A stretch of DNA of 64,000 nt from Desulfosoma sp. (GTDB lineage: Bacteria > Desulfobacterota > Syntrophobacteria > Syntrophobacterales > DSM-9756), in NCBI GenBank assembly GCA_037481835.1, contig JBBFKW010000002.1, positions 202,544-266,543 on the forward strand. Reading direction: 5' to 3'. Below, in pieces: positions 51,259 through 61,253 of this stretch. The position numbers were made by a program, and so were the translations under genes. The notes below the pieces were generated by a model. It worked only from the letters and a program-made list of their open reading frames with translations, did no database searches and was not told where the DNA came from. Each line of letters opens with the position of its first letter. Position 1 is the stretch's first letter.

Positions 51259-51287
51259 TTGACAAAAGAAAGGGGCGTCGGTAGCTT
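51259..51287 (+). promoter_or_regulatory. Putative sigma70 promoter for serC
   Basis: TTGACA-17 nt-TAGCTT about 110 nt upstream of serC. Confidence 0.55.
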
Positions 51288-51399
51288 CGAGCGGTCCACG
51301 GAAGCGGGCGATTTTGCAGCACGCTCCGCTTTAAAAGCGGATCTTTGCCCCGTCATCGCCAATAAGCGTTCGAGAAAGATCACCACGGAGGGGAAAACC

Positions 51400-52485
51400 A
51401 TGACAGAACGCATCTACAATTTCAATCCCGGCCCCGCCATGCTGCCTCTTCCCGCCTTAGAGGAGGCCAAAGAAGAACTACTGAACTACAAGGGCTCCGG
51501 GATGTCCATCCTGGAAATCAGCCATCGCTCGGCCCTCTTTGAAAACGTCCTGCAGTCCGCCATCGCACGGGTAAAGCGCCTTCTGAAGTTGGACGACCGC
51601 TACCATGTGCTGTTCATGCAGGGCGGCGCAAGCCTGCAGTTCACCCTGGTTCCCATGAACCTGGCCTCCGATGCCGCGCCAATTGATTACGTGGATACAG
51701 GGACATGGTCTACCAAAGCCATCAAGGAAGCCCGCCTTTTGGGAAAAAACGTGCGCGTCGTCGCCTCCTCCGAAGACAAGGAATTCACTTATATTCCCGA
51801 GACGATCCCGGTCAACCCCGACGCGGCCTATTTGCATATCACGTCCAACAACACCATTCGCGGGACGCAGTACCGCCAGTTTCCCGATGCGGGGAGCGTT
51901 CCTCTTGTCAGCGACATGTCATCGGATATTTTCAGCCGCGTATTCGATCCGGCCCCGTTCGGGCTGATCTATGCGGGAGCCCAAAAGAACGTGGGACCCG
52001 CGGGCGTCACCTTGGTCATCATCCGCCAGGACATGCTGGATCGCGTCCCGCCGAACCTTCCCACCCTATTCAAGTACACCACCCACGCGGAGAAAAATTC
52101 CCTTTACAACACACCGCCGTGCTTCGCCATTTACATGGTGGAATTGGTGCTCAAATGGCTGGAAGAAACCGTCGGTGGGCTCGCCGCCATGGAAGCGATC
52201 AACCGGCAAAAAGCGAGCCTCCTCTACGATTACCTGGACAGCCAGGACTTCTATCGCGGGACGGCTCAACCGGCGTCCCGTTCGTGGATGAACGTGACGT
52301 TCCGGCTGCCTTCGGCGGATCTGGAAAAGAAATTTATCGACGAATCCCAAAAAGCCGGCTTGGGGGGGCTCAAGGGCCACCGTTCCGTCGGGGGCTGCCG
52401 GGCGTCCCTCTACAACGCCATGCCCGTGGAAGGGGTCCAGGCCTTGGTGGATTTCATGAAGGATTTTGCCAAACACAACGGCTGA
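51400..52485 (+). CDS. serC: Phosphoserine aminotransferase
   Basis: YNFNPGPA, EISHRS, QGGASLQF, DMSSD, YAGAQKN PLP lysine, KGHRSVGGCRASLYNA. Confidence 0.97.
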   Translation: MTERIYNFNPGPAMLPLPALEEAKEELLNYKGSGMSILEISHRSALFENVLQSAIARVKRLLKLDDRYHVLFMQGGASLQFTLVPMNLASDAAPIDYVDTGTWSTKAIKEARLLGKNVRVVASSEDKEFTYIPETIPVNPDAAYLHITSNNTIRGTQYRQFPDAGSVPLVSDMSSDIFSRVFDPAPFGLIYAGAQKNVGPAGVTLVIIRQDMLDRVPPNLPTLFKYTTHAEKNSLYNTPPCFAIYMVELVLKWLEETVGGLAAMEAINRQKASLLYDYLDSQDFYRGTAQPASRSWMNVTFRLPSADLEKKFIDESQKAGLGGLKGHRSVGGCRASLYNAMPVEGVQALVDFMKDFAKHNG

Positions 52486-52599
52486 TGAATTGATTTCCCT
52501 TCAAGAAAATCCGGCATCGTGCCGAATCAAAAGGGAAAGCTGTGATTTCGGCATGACGAAAACAGGTGGAACCGCATCGGGGAGCAGGAAAGGGAAGCG

Positions 52600-53301
52600 T
52601 TGGCGGCACCCCAATCCCCAGTCAAAACCTTGAGACCCGGAACTGCCGTCGACATTGTGCTCAGGGTGGATTTCTACCGGGAAGTCATGGATGTGCGTCG
52701 TGCCATGGTCTACGACACGGACGGGTTGACCCTCGTCGTCTCCCGTCCCAGTCCCGATTTGAAGCCGGAGCACATCGGACGGCGGTGTACGGTGACCTTT
52801 GTCGTTCGCGAAAACGAATTCAAGAATCGATACGGGGTGCCCGCCGAAATCGTGGAGTTCAAAGAAAACTACCCCATCCGCAAAGGTTCCACGGTTCCAG
52901 CCGTGATCCTCCGGGCCTTGGGCGGCGTGGAACCGTTCAATCTCCGCATGGCCTACCGGGTGCGGCCTCCCATCACCAGCGGCATCGCCTTGGAGATTGA
53001 CGCTCAGAGGGTGAGCATCCTGGATATTTCCACGGGAGGCGCCCGCTTTCTGTCTTCGGTGAGGCCCCCTCTTCAATTCCGCCAGCGCGTGGAAGTGGTC
53101 CTTCACTTGGACGAAGCCGCCCATGCCTTCCATGCCTTCGTGGTCCGCAGCCAAGATCCCGGACCCCAGTGTCCCGTTCGGGGAGCCCAGGAAGTGGCCG
53201 TGCAGTTCTCCGGGATGGAAAAGCGCGTTCGGGAACAGCTGGCCAAAAAGATCCTCCAGATCGACCGGGAGCTTCGAGCCAGGGGCCTCGAAGACGCCTA
53301 G
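52600..53301 (+). CDS. PilZ-domain c-di-GMP receptor
   Basis: RMAYR (RxxxR) and DISTGG (DxSxxG) motifs; start uncertain. Confidence 0.85.
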   Translation: MAAPQSPVKTLRPGTAVDIVLRVDFYREVMDVRRAMVYDTDGLTLVVSRPSPDLKPEHIGRRCTVTFVVRENEFKNRYGVPAEIVEFKENYPIRKGSTVPAVILRALGGVEPFNLRMAYRVRPPITSGIALEIDAQRVSILDISTGGARFLSSVRPPLQFRQRVEVVLHLDEAAHAFHAFVVRSQDPGPQCPVRGAQEVAVQFSGMEKRVREQLAKKILQIDRELRARGLEDA

Positions 53302-54290
53302 GGCTCGGGAAGATCGTCCAAGAGGTCCCGCGCTGCGGGAAGGCCGCCCCGCGCCCGGGCCGAAAGGACTGCTCGTAGGATGGCCTTTTCCACGGCCTGA
53401 GCGGCCAGCATCCCGACGATGCTCACATCCACGGGGTCCCTTTCTTCCAGGCTCAGGGCGAAAATTGTGTCTCCATCCACCTGGGTGTGGCACGGGACGA
53501 CGACGCGGGCCAACCCGTCGTGGGCCATCTGGGCCACCTTGGTGAGGTCCGTCTTGGTGAGGCGGACGTTGGTGGCCACGGCGGCGAGCACCGTGTTGCC
53601 GTTTGCGGAAAAACCCCGGAGCCGTTCCAAGCGGGCCATGGCCTGCGCCGTATGAACGAAGCGCCTGGACTGGGCACTTTCCCGACATCCGGCAAGGATC
53701 CGGCCGCTGTGCGGATCCACCACGTCGCCGAAGGGATTGACCACCACCAGGGCTCCGACCCGAACGTTTCGTTCCGTGCGGATCAAAGAAGATCCCAGAC
53801 CGCCTTTGGTGGCCTGGGAAAGGCCGTAGAGCTTTCCGATGGTGGCGCCGCACCCGGCGCCCACGCACCCCTGTTCCACCGGCCCGGCATGGGCCTTGAG
53901 GCAGGCTTCCAGGCCCAATGCCGCATCGGGCGTGGGGCCTCCTTTGTTGATCCCCAAATCGAAGATGACCGCTCCGGCCACCGTGGGGACCACACCGTAC
54001 TCCGTGGCAAAACCTATGGAGCGCTCCTTGAGGAATCGACGGACGCCGTCCGCCGTGGCAATGCCGAAGGCGCTGCCGCCGGAAAAAAACAGCCCGTGGA
54101 CGCGGTCCACCAAATTGATGGGATTAAGGCTTTCCGTGCCGCACGTTCCCGGCGCGCCGCCGCGGATGTCCACACCGGCGACGGCGCCCCCGTCTGGAAG
54201 GATGACGGTGCAGCCGGATCGGCCGCCGGCCGTCTCGGCGTGCCCCACTTTCAGCCGGCCCACCGCGGTCAGGGTCTCGTTGGGGTTCAT
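53298..54290 (-). CDS. Peptidase S58 (P1/DmpA) family
   Basis: VDIRGGAPGT, SGGSAFGI, GCVGAGCG, NTVL, AHDGLAR, HTQVDGDTIF. Confidence 0.9.
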   Translation of the reverse strand: MNPNETLTAVGRLKVGHAETAGGRSGCTVILPDGGAVAGVDIRGGAPGTCGTESLNPINLVDRVHGLFFSGGSAFGIATADGVRRFLKERSIGFATEYGVVPTVAGAVIFDLGINKGGPTPDAALGLEACLKAHAGPVEQGCVGAGCGATIGKLYGLSQATKGGLGSSLIRTERNVRVGALVVVNPFGDVVDPHSGRILAGCRESAQSRRFVHTAQAMARLERLRGFSANGNTVLAAVATNVRLTKTDLTKVAQMAHDGLARVVVPCHTQVDGDTIFALSLEERDPVDVSIVGMLAAQAVEKAILRAVLSARARGGLPAARDLLDDLPEP

Positions 54291-54363
54291 GGAGCGGACC
54301 TCCAGAGGCTCGGTTTCCTCATCGGTGCACTGGGTGCGGAAATGGAAAATCACCGCCGCGAGT

Positions 54364-54603
54364 TTACTGATAACCGTAGCGTTCCACAACGGCTCTTCGA
54401 AGTCGAGGTGTGTAGATCCGCTCGTAAAGGTCTTTCTTGTCGGGATACTCTCGGTAAGCGTACTGGCGGACGGCCTCCACCATACGGTGGACTTCGTCCA
54501 AGGAAAGATTGCCCTGGCGGATGACCGCCAGGGCAAAATCCACGATGCGTTGCAATCGGCGGGCCTTGCGCCTTTCGTCTTCGTCGCCCCTGGGATCTTT
54601 CAT
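54364..54603 (-). CDS. Small hypothetical helical protein (79 aa)
   Basis: Fills the gap between co-oriented genes, AGGGAA upstream, protein-like amphipathic composition. Confidence 0.6.
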   Translation of the reverse strand: MKDPRGDEDERRKARRLQRIVDFALAVIRQGNLSLDEVHRMVEAVRQYAYREYPDKKDLYERIYTPRLRRAVVERYGYQ

Positions 54604-54643
54604 GGAAAGCGTTCCCTACCCTTCCATCGGGTCGGCTCAAACG

Positions 54644-55132
54644 CTAGTGAGCGGGGCCCATGGTGAGGATCTGTCCCGTCCCGTGGGATTCCGCCGTCAT
54701 AGCGTGGGAGACCGAGGTGATGGCTTCGTAGCTCTTGATCAAACGATGTCCCAAAGTCTTGCACAGCCGCCTGTAGAAGCGCATGGCGCTCTCCGGGTGT
54801 TTTTCCAGAACGGCTCTCACCTGATCCCCGGGCATCCGGACCAATCGCGTCTCGGTGAGCGCTTCCGCCGTGGCGGAATAGGCGTCCCTGTCGAAAAGGC
54901 TCGACCAGCCGAACACCTCCCCGGGGCGGCTCACCAAGTAGGCCACATAGGTGCCCTCTTTGAACGTGAGTTTCACGTTTCCCTTGAGCATGACGTAAAA
55001 ATGGGTCGCCGGATCCCCTTCTTGAAAGAGGACCGTTCCCGCCGGAACGTCTCTCTTTTCGCTGATCTCCATGAGCTGCTTGATGAGATCATGCTCCAAG
55101 TCTTTAAAAAGATCCGATTGCTGAATAAACAT
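54644..55132 (-). CDS. Stand-alone cyclic-nucleotide-binding domain protein
   Basis: LFQEGDPATHFYVMLKGNV, PGEVFGWSSL, YSATAEA; no HTH. Confidence 0.88.
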   Translation of the reverse strand: MFIQQSDLFKDLEHDLIKQLMEISEKRDVPAGTVLFQEGDPATHFYVMLKGNVKLTFKEGTYVAYLVSRPGEVFGWSSLFDRDAYSATAEALTETRLVRMPGDQVRAVLEKHPESAMRFYRRLCKTLGHRLIKSYEAITSVSHAMTAESHGTGQILTMGPAH

Positions 55133-55249
55133 GACCGTGCCTCCTTCCCGGATCGTGAAATCATGTCGACCTTTCGGCACGCCGTGCCGATGCTCTCGGG
55201 AGAGGAAAAGAGCACGGCGTGCCGTGCACACCGGCCGCCAGGCGAGGAC

Positions 55250-55292
55250 AAAGCCCTGGGAAGGGGGCCGTTCGGCTCCTTCCCAGGGCTTT
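55250..55292. terminator. Long hairpin, possible terminator
   Basis: AAAGCCCTGGGAAGG...CCTTCCCAGGGCTTT inverted repeat between rhodanese and cNMP genes. Confidence 0.55.
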
Positions 55293-55431
55293 ACGGGATC
55301 ATTTTGGAAAGTCTCGCGGTCATGGCAACGCCCCCCATTTCACACGTCAAAATCCTCTGTACTCTAAATGGAACAAAATTTTCCCGGCACAGCAAGGGGG
55401 GCGTATTCGGGGGCACCCGTTTGTCTTCGGG

Positions 55432-56271
55432 TCACGCCTCGCAGGAACCGAAGACCTTGGCGATAAAGCGGATGTGAGCCTTTTCCTGGTCCGAAAGATC
55501 CACGAGCAGAGCTGAGGCCGTTGGGTTTTTGGCTGCGGCCGCCGCGTTTCGGTAAAGATCGAAGGCTCGGTATTCGATGTCCAAAGCCAATTCCGCAAAG
55601 GCGCGGCAGGCGCTTCCCGGAAGGCGTTCCAGCTTTTTCAAGGCTTCTTCCAGAGGTTCTCCCCCTTCCAGAATGGTTCCCGGAAGGCTTTCAAAAAGAT
55701 CATCGAACGGGGGAAGGGGGGCGTCGGAAGGGGAGGCTTCCAGGAGGCGGTAGACGGCCTGAGCGTGCCGCCGTTCCCATTGAACGAGTCCACGGGCTGT
55801 TTCCGCCCAGGCCGACTCCCCGGACGACGACAGCTCGTAGAACCGGTAGGCGCCTTTTTCCAGGTTCATGGCTTCGTGGAGCATTTCCGTAAGGGACGCC
55901 TTCTCGGCCAGGATCCGCACCTTGGGGTAATCGAACAGCTCCTTGCCGTCCCACGCCATATAGCCCCCTTGCAGGTTGATGATCCGGGGCGGTTTGAGAT
56001 CGCTTTCCGCAGCCATCAGGGCGGCCGCCATGGAACGGCCTCCGGCGGCGCAGTAAAAGAGGAGCTCCCTTTCGCGGGGCAGTTCGTGGAGGCGCTCTTC
56101 CAATCGGCTCAGGGGCAGAAGCCGGGCGCCGGGGATGTGGCCGGCTTCGTATTCGCGGGGTTCGCGCACATCGATAAGTTCGTAGTCCTTTTCGCGGTGA
56201 GCCGCCCGATAGGCTTCCAGTTCGTCGATAAACAGGGTTTCCACCACCGGTTTTTCCATTTTTCCAGCCAT
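55432..56271 (-). CDS. Rhodanese domain + ferritin/rubrerythrin-like domain protein
   Basis: IDVREPREYEAGHIPGA, YCAAGGRS, LQGGYMAW; then E..E..FY / ERRH and E..LY / EKAH di-iron pairs. Confidence 0.87.
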   Translation of the reverse strand: MAGKMEKPVVETLFIDELEAYRAAHREKDYELIDVREPREYEAGHIPGARLLPLSRLEERLHELPRERELLFYCAAGGRSMAAALMAAESDLKPPRIINLQGGYMAWDGKELFDYPKVRILAEKASLTEMLHEAMNLEKGAYRFYELSSSGESAWAETARGLVQWERRHAQAVYRLLEASPSDAPLPPFDDLFESLPGTILEGGEPLEEALKKLERLPGSACRAFAELALDIEYRAFDLYRNAAAAAKNPTASALLVDLSDQEKAHIRFIAKVFGSCEA

Positions 56272-56299
56272 GATTCCTTCCTTGCCTTTGGGCATGCTC

Positions 56300-56827
56300 T
56301 TATACAAGGACGCATTCGTGCAGATGCCGTTCCAAAATTTTTTCTTCCATGGAAACGATCCGCTTGATCATGACCTCCAGGATTGTTTCGATGAGTTCGG
56401 GGAACTGCCGGAGAATCTTTCGAAAAGTTTCCCTTTCGATGTAAAGGACCTCCACGTCCGTCGCGGCGCGGGCGCCGAAGAGGCGACGAATGTCCGCAAG
56501 AAGGGCGAGCCCTCCGAAAAAGGCGCCTGGTTCCAGATCATGGACGATGACCGAATGGTTTTCGTATTCGCGTACCATTTGGACTTTCCCCGAAAGGAGG
56601 ATGTAGCCTTTATCGTCGGGCTGGCCCTGTCGAAAGATGAACTCCCCGCGGCGAAACCGCCGCCGGTTGCACATCAGGGCATAGACCCGAAGGCGTTCCA
56701 GGGGGATGGAGGAAAAGACCTCCGTTTTGCGGAGCCACTCCACGTTGTCGTCCAGTTCGCACGTGTAGGTGGGTTCTCCTGTGGAAGACCCGTACTCCCC
56801 TTTATCCGTGTCCGCGGACCAGTTCAT
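56300..56827 (-). CDS. Stand-alone cyclic-nucleotide-binding domain protein
   Basis: IFRQGQPDDKGYILLSGKV, PGAFFGGLALL; overlaps ABC gene end. Confidence 0.87.
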   Translation of the reverse strand: MNWSADTDKGEYGSSTGEPTYTCELDDNVEWLRKTEVFSSIPLERLRVYALMCNRRRFRRGEFIFRQGQPDDKGYILLSGKVQMVREYENHSVIVHDLEPGAFFGGLALLADIRRLFGARAATDVEVLYIERETFRKILRQFPELIETILEVMIKRIVSMEEKILERHLHECVLV

Positions 56828-59306
56828 AGAAAAGCCCTTTCTTTTGCAGGAGTTCGTCGTACCGGCCGATTTCCACGATTCGACCCGACTTCATGACCGC
56901 TATCTTGTCATAGTCCCGGATGGTTTCCAATCGGTGGGCCACGGAGATGACCGTCGCTTTGCCCCGAATGTCTCCGTCCAGGAACTGCTGGATGCGGTTT
57001 TGGGACGCCATGTCCAGGCTGGCTGTCGCCTCATCCAGGATGAGGATGCGCGGGTTTTTCAGGAACGCTCGGGCGATGCCCACTTTTTGTTTCTGCCCTC
57101 CAGAGAGGCGATCCCCTTTGCTGCCCACTTCAAAGTCCAGACCGATCTCCAAAACCGCGTCGTAGAGGTTTTCCCTCTTGAGGAGGTCCACCACGGCCTC
57201 GGTGATCCGAGCCCAAGCCCAGGAGGCTTCCTCTTTGAGGCGGCCGAAGAGGATGTTTTCCAAGAGGGTTCGGGCGCCGAGATAGGCCGTTTCGCTGTAG
57301 TAGACGAACGCGTCAGGATCCCGCTCGGTGCAGTAGGCTTTGAAAAGAGCCCGGGATTTCAAGATGGCGTCCTTGAGCTCCCGGGGAACCACGACCATCT
57401 TGTGCCTTCCGGGGATGATGCGAAGGGCCAGACCGAGCAGGAGGTCCCGCACGGCCGGCGGCAGGCGCTCGGGTGTCGCCGTGCCGTAGTGCTCGTAGAT
57501 TTCCTGGAACGTGTCCATTTCTTCCAAAGCAATGGGGGACTGGCGGAAGAAGAAGGGATCGTCCCGCAGGTCTCGCAAGAGGGGGACAGTGCGGTTGACC
57601 ACGTCCAGACCCAAGCGGATGAGAGGCTCATCCAACCCGACCTCTTGGAGGAATCGGCGGAACCGGGGCCTTAACGGAAGGATCTCGCAGGGACGGCCCC
57701 CTTCCGTGGGATACCCGAAGATGATGTTCACCGCCACCGAACTGTAATCCAGGAACGTCTCCGCATCGAAAAATTCCACCGTATCCTGCAGCGCATCGCT
57801 CCATTGGGCGCGGAACTGGCGCCGCAGCGAGACGATCTTTTGCCCCAGCGCCTTTTCCCTGGCCTCGTCCAAGACGCTGTTCAGCCCGAAGCGCAGCACG
57901 TCTTCGGTCAGTCCCACGGATTCCACGGTTCTGAGGATTTCTTCAAGGGGCGGCTCGTCTGCTTCGGACTCCGTCGAAGGGTTGCCGTCCGAAAGGGACG
58001 CCTGCCTTCCGTAGATGATGTTTTCCTTCAAGGTTCCGTCGAAAATGAACGGATACTGGGACACGAAGCCCAGATGCGGCGTCACGTCGGCTTTGGTGAG
58101 ATCCTTCAGTTCCCATTGGTCCACGTAGACGTGCCCCTGCGTATAGCGATACAGTTGGGCCATAACCATGGCCAGGGTGCTCTTGCCGCTTCCCGAAAGG
58201 CCCACGAGGGCCACCCTCTCTCCGGGGGAGATGCTGAGGCTCACTTGGTCCAGGAGGCGGACGCGGTCTTCCACTTCGAAAATCAAATCTTCCACCGTAA
58301 CGGCGCCGTGCAACGCCACCGGCGGTCGATCCGAAGGCTCCAGGGCGAATTCGGGTTCCACATCAAAGGCTTCCTGGATGCGTCGGTACGCCACCCGAGC
58401 GTCTTGATAGCCCTGGTAGAACTCCATGAGCTCTTTCCACGGATCGTAAAGCTTTTCGTAGGCGGAAAGGAAGGCCACCAGGGCGCCCAGAGTGAACCGC
58501 CCGGTGATGCTCAGGTAGCCCCCGATGAGAAAGAGCAGAAAAGGCCCCAAGCTTTGAAAGAAGTTGTTGGTGAACTTGATGCCGTAGCGGTAAAGGTTCA
58601 TCCGATGGCGCACGTCCAAGAGGGCTTTCGCCAAACGCTCCACCTTTCGGCTTTCCAAGGGGTAGCCGGCGTTGGCGTGAATCTCCTGGATGCCGCTGAT
58701 GGCTTCGCCGACCACGTTGCTCAGTTTCCGGGTGGTGGTGACGCGTTCGCTGTTGAGGCGGTTGAATTTCTTTTGGAGTATGGGAATGAGGAGAATCTCA
58801 AAGGGGTAGATGGCCACACTCAAGACGGCCAAGAGGGGGTTGAGGGTGAACAAGTAGATCCCGAAGGTGAGAAGGGTCAGGATGTTGACGGCGGGCACGG
58901 CGATGGCGCCCCCCAGGAAATCGCCCACGGACGCCAGTTCTCCGGTGACCGAGGAAATGACCATACCGGGCGGCGTGCGCCGGTAGAAGGGGATGGGAAG
59001 GCGGACGATGTGCCGGTACAGGCCCGTGCGTAGCTCATAGAGGATCTTTTGACCGATGTAGCCCTGGATCACGTTGATGGCGTATTTGAAGACCCCTGCC
59101 AGGAGCACGGCGCCCAGGTACAGGGCGCAGTAGAGGTACAGGGCGTCGATCTTGCGAAAGCGGATGGCGTCGTTGACGATGCGCTTTTGCATCTCCAAGG
59201 GGAAAACACGGAAAAAAATCGTCAAGACGATCAGGACGAGAAGAACCGCCTGAAGGCCTCGGCAGCGCGTCAGAGCCCAGTACCAAAGCGGCTTTTTATG
59301 GATCAT
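56802..59306 (-). CDS. ABC exporter (TMD-NBD) with large insertion in the NBD
   Basis: N-terminal membrane domain, GLSGSGKS Walker A, Q-loop FVSQYP, ~250-aa insert, LSGGQKQK, ILILDEATASLD, AHRL. Confidence 0.92.
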   Translation of the reverse strand: MIHKKPLWYWALTRCRGLQAVLLVLIVLTIFFRVFPLEMQKRIVNDAIRFRKIDALYLYCALYLGAVLLAGVFKYAINVIQGYIGQKILYELRTGLYRHIVRLPIPFYRRTPPGMVISSVTGELASVGDFLGGAIAVPAVNILTLLTFGIYLFTLNPLLAVLSVAIYPFEILLIPILQKKFNRLNSERVTTTRKLSNVVGEAISGIQEIHANAGYPLESRKVERLAKALLDVRHRMNLYRYGIKFTNNFFQSLGPFLLFLIGGYLSITGRFTLGALVAFLSAYEKLYDPWKELMEFYQGYQDARVAYRRIQEAFDVEPEFALEPSDRPPVALHGAVTVEDLIFEVEDRVRLLDQVSLSISPGERVALVGLSGSGKSTLAMVMAQLYRYTQGHVYVDQWELKDLTKADVTPHLGFVSQYPFIFDGTLKENIIYGRQASLSDGNPSTESEADEPPLEEILRTVESVGLTEDVLRFGLNSVLDEAREKALGQKIVSLRRQFRAQWSDALQDTVEFFDAETFLDYSSVAVNIIFGYPTEGGRPCEILPLRPRFRRFLQEVGLDEPLIRLGLDVVNRTVPLLRDLRDDPFFFRQSPIALEEMDTFQEIYEHYGTATPERLPPAVRDLLLGLALRIIPGRHKMVVVPRELKDAILKSRALFKAYCTERDPDAFVYYSETAYLGARTLLENILFGRLKEEASWAWARITEAVVDLLKRENLYDAVLEIGLDFEVGSKGDRLSGGQKQKVGIARAFLKNPRILILDEATASLDMASQNRIQQFLDGDIRGKATVISVAHRLETIRDYDKIAVMKSGRIVEIGRYDELLQKKGLFYELVRGHG

Positions 59307-59736
59307 GGGCGAAACTCCCTCGAAGCTGTCTTAAGGCGTCCCGTCGGTCGGCGATGGCAAACAGGGGGAGCCTCCGTTTTGCTCTGTGGAGCCCTGTGCC
59401 GTCTTATCACCATGGCGGACGGGAAAAGTCAACGCACCGGGAGGACCTTCCTCAAGACCCCCGTGCCCTCGGCGCCGGGTCGCCGGGTGCGGGAAAGAGC
59501 ACCAACGCGAAAGGCCGCGAGTGCGATCTTCCCTAAAGGGCCGGAAGTTCTTATGGTCAAAGAAACCAGCGCCTTGGTGGTTTGGTGCGAGGCAAAATAT
59601 CTCGCGCAAAGACGCAAAGCCGCACAGAAAGCATCGTAAGCAGAAACGGGGGAGTGGGACAACTTATTGGATAGTCGCGGTCGGAATCTGGGAGGGTAGG
59701 ACTTTCATGGTTCGTTGTCTCGCCGGAGCCAGATCC

Positions 59737-59890
59737 GGGTTGGGGTTCGCTTCGCTCACCCCAACCTACAAGTTTATTCAACATTGGCCGGGGAATGTGG
59801 GTTGGGGTTCGCTTCGCTCACCCCAACCTACGAGTTTGTTCAACATTGGCAGGGGAATGTAGGTTGGGGTGAGCGCAGCGAACCCCAACA
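59737..59890. repeat. Cluster of three GTAG-type REP palindromes (BIME/REPIN-like)
   Basis: Units at 59737-59769 and 59799-59831 (62-bp period) and inverted unit 59859-59890; near-identical linkers. Confidence 0.8.
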
Positions 59891-60104
59891 AAAATCAGGG
59901 AGACTCTTCCACCTCGCGGTGTCACGACGAAGGTTGCAACTCGAACCCCGGGGGGTGTCCGCGACAAGGGGCGGTGGCGCCGCTCGGCGCTGCCGCAAAG
60001 AGTCGTTGCCCGGCCCGCTCTTTCATCCATGGGGGGTGGCCCAGGGGCGACCATGATCGTTGGGGTGAAAGAGCAACGATAACCCATCCATAAGGCCCTC
60101 GAAA

Positions 60105-61253
60105 TTGCCCGACGAGGAGAATCGCGTGGGAGAAACTTCTGCAGCGGAAAAGGAACTGGAAAACGGGCCGGATGACAGGCCCATCGGAATCCATCTCGTG
60201 GAATGGTTTTGCCGACATCAAAGGCCGCTTCCCTGGCGTCGCGACTATGCCCCTTATGCAGTCTGGATTTCGGAAATCATGCTCCAGCAGACCCAAGTGG
60301 CCAAGGTGGTTCCATATTTTGAACGGTGGATGGCGCGCCTGCCCGATGTGCAGGCCGTGGCCGAAGCGCCTCTCGATGAGCTTCTGCACCTATGGGAGGG
60401 ACTGGGCTATTATTCCCGGGTGCGCCATGTGAAAAAGGCGGCGGAAGCCATTCTTTCCCGTCATGGAGGAAAGATTCCTTCCGACGAAAAGGCCCTGCGC
60501 GAACTTCCAGGAATCGGAGAATATACGGCGGCCGCCATCGCCAGTTTAGCTTTCGGCCAGGATGTTCCGGTCTTGGACGGCAATGCCCAACGCGTGGCGG
60601 CTCGACTTCTGGACTGGAACGACCCCGTGGATGAAACCCGCACGAAAAAGGCTTTGCGCCAAGCTTTGGGGCGATGGATGCCCCCGGGGCGGGCTCGGGA
60701 ATTCAACCAGGCGGTCATGGAACTGGGTTCCGTCGTGTGCACTCCGAAGAGGCCCGCCTGCAAGGCGTGCCCGGTGGTGTCGTGGTGTCGAGCGTACGCG
60801 GCCGGGACCGTTGCGGAGCGGCCCGCGAAGAGGCGCCGCCCTTCACCCGAGCACGTGTCGGTGGCCGTGGGGGTGCTTTACAAAAATGGAGAGATCTTCA
60901 TTCAAAAGAGGCCGCCTGGAGGGCTCATGGCCGGCCTTTGGGAATTTCCCGGAGGCAAGCTGGAAAACGGAGAAAGTCCCGAAGAAGCCGTGAAGCGCGA
61001 ACTTTTCGAAGAGCTGGGCGTGACGATCAGGGTCCTGGAAAAGGTTGCCGAAATCCGCCATGCCATCACGCGGTTCCGCATCCTTCTTCACGCATTCCGG
61101 TGCGTCCTGGATCCGCCGACCCAGGATCTGGCGCTGCGATCCGCCGTCGAAGCCCTGTGGGTGCCCCCCGAGTCTTTGGGCCGCTACGCGTTTCCTTCGG
61201 CCAATCGACGCTTTATCCGCATCCTTCAGGAAAACCATGGGGATGAGGCGTGA
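60105..61253 (+). CDS. mutY: A/G-specific adenine glycosylase with C-terminal Nudix domain
   Basis: LPWR, WISEIMLQQTQV, WEGLGYYSR, LPGIGEYTA HhH, CTPKRPACKACPVVSWC FeS loop. Confidence 0.95.
   Translation: MPDEENRVGETSAAEKELENGPDDRPIGIHLVEWFCRHQRPLPWRRDYAPYAVWISEIMLQQTQVAKVVPYFERWMARLPDVQAVAEAPLDELLHLWEGLGYYSRVRHVKKAAEAILSRHGGKIPSDEKALRELPGIGEYTAAAIASLAFGQDVPVLDGNAQRVAARLLDWNDPVDETRTKKALRQALGRWMPPGRAREFNQAVMELGSVVCTPKRPACKACPVVSWCRAYAAGTVAERPAKRRRPSPEHVSVAVGVLYKNGEIFIQKRPPGGLMAGLWEFPGGKLENGESPEEAVKRELFEELGVTIRVLEKVAEIRHAITRFRILLHAFRCVLDPPTQDLALRSAVEALWVPPESLGRYAFPSANRRFIRILQENHGDEA

Noticed and set aside
59600..59632. Short CGCAAAG repeats (GCGCAAAGACGCAAAGCCGCACAG)
   Set aside because: Too short, and no second copy seen in the window to define an element.
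59737..59890. Possible mini CRISPR array
   Set aside because: Linkers are near-identical, the third unit is inverted, and no cas genes are present; REP-like instead.
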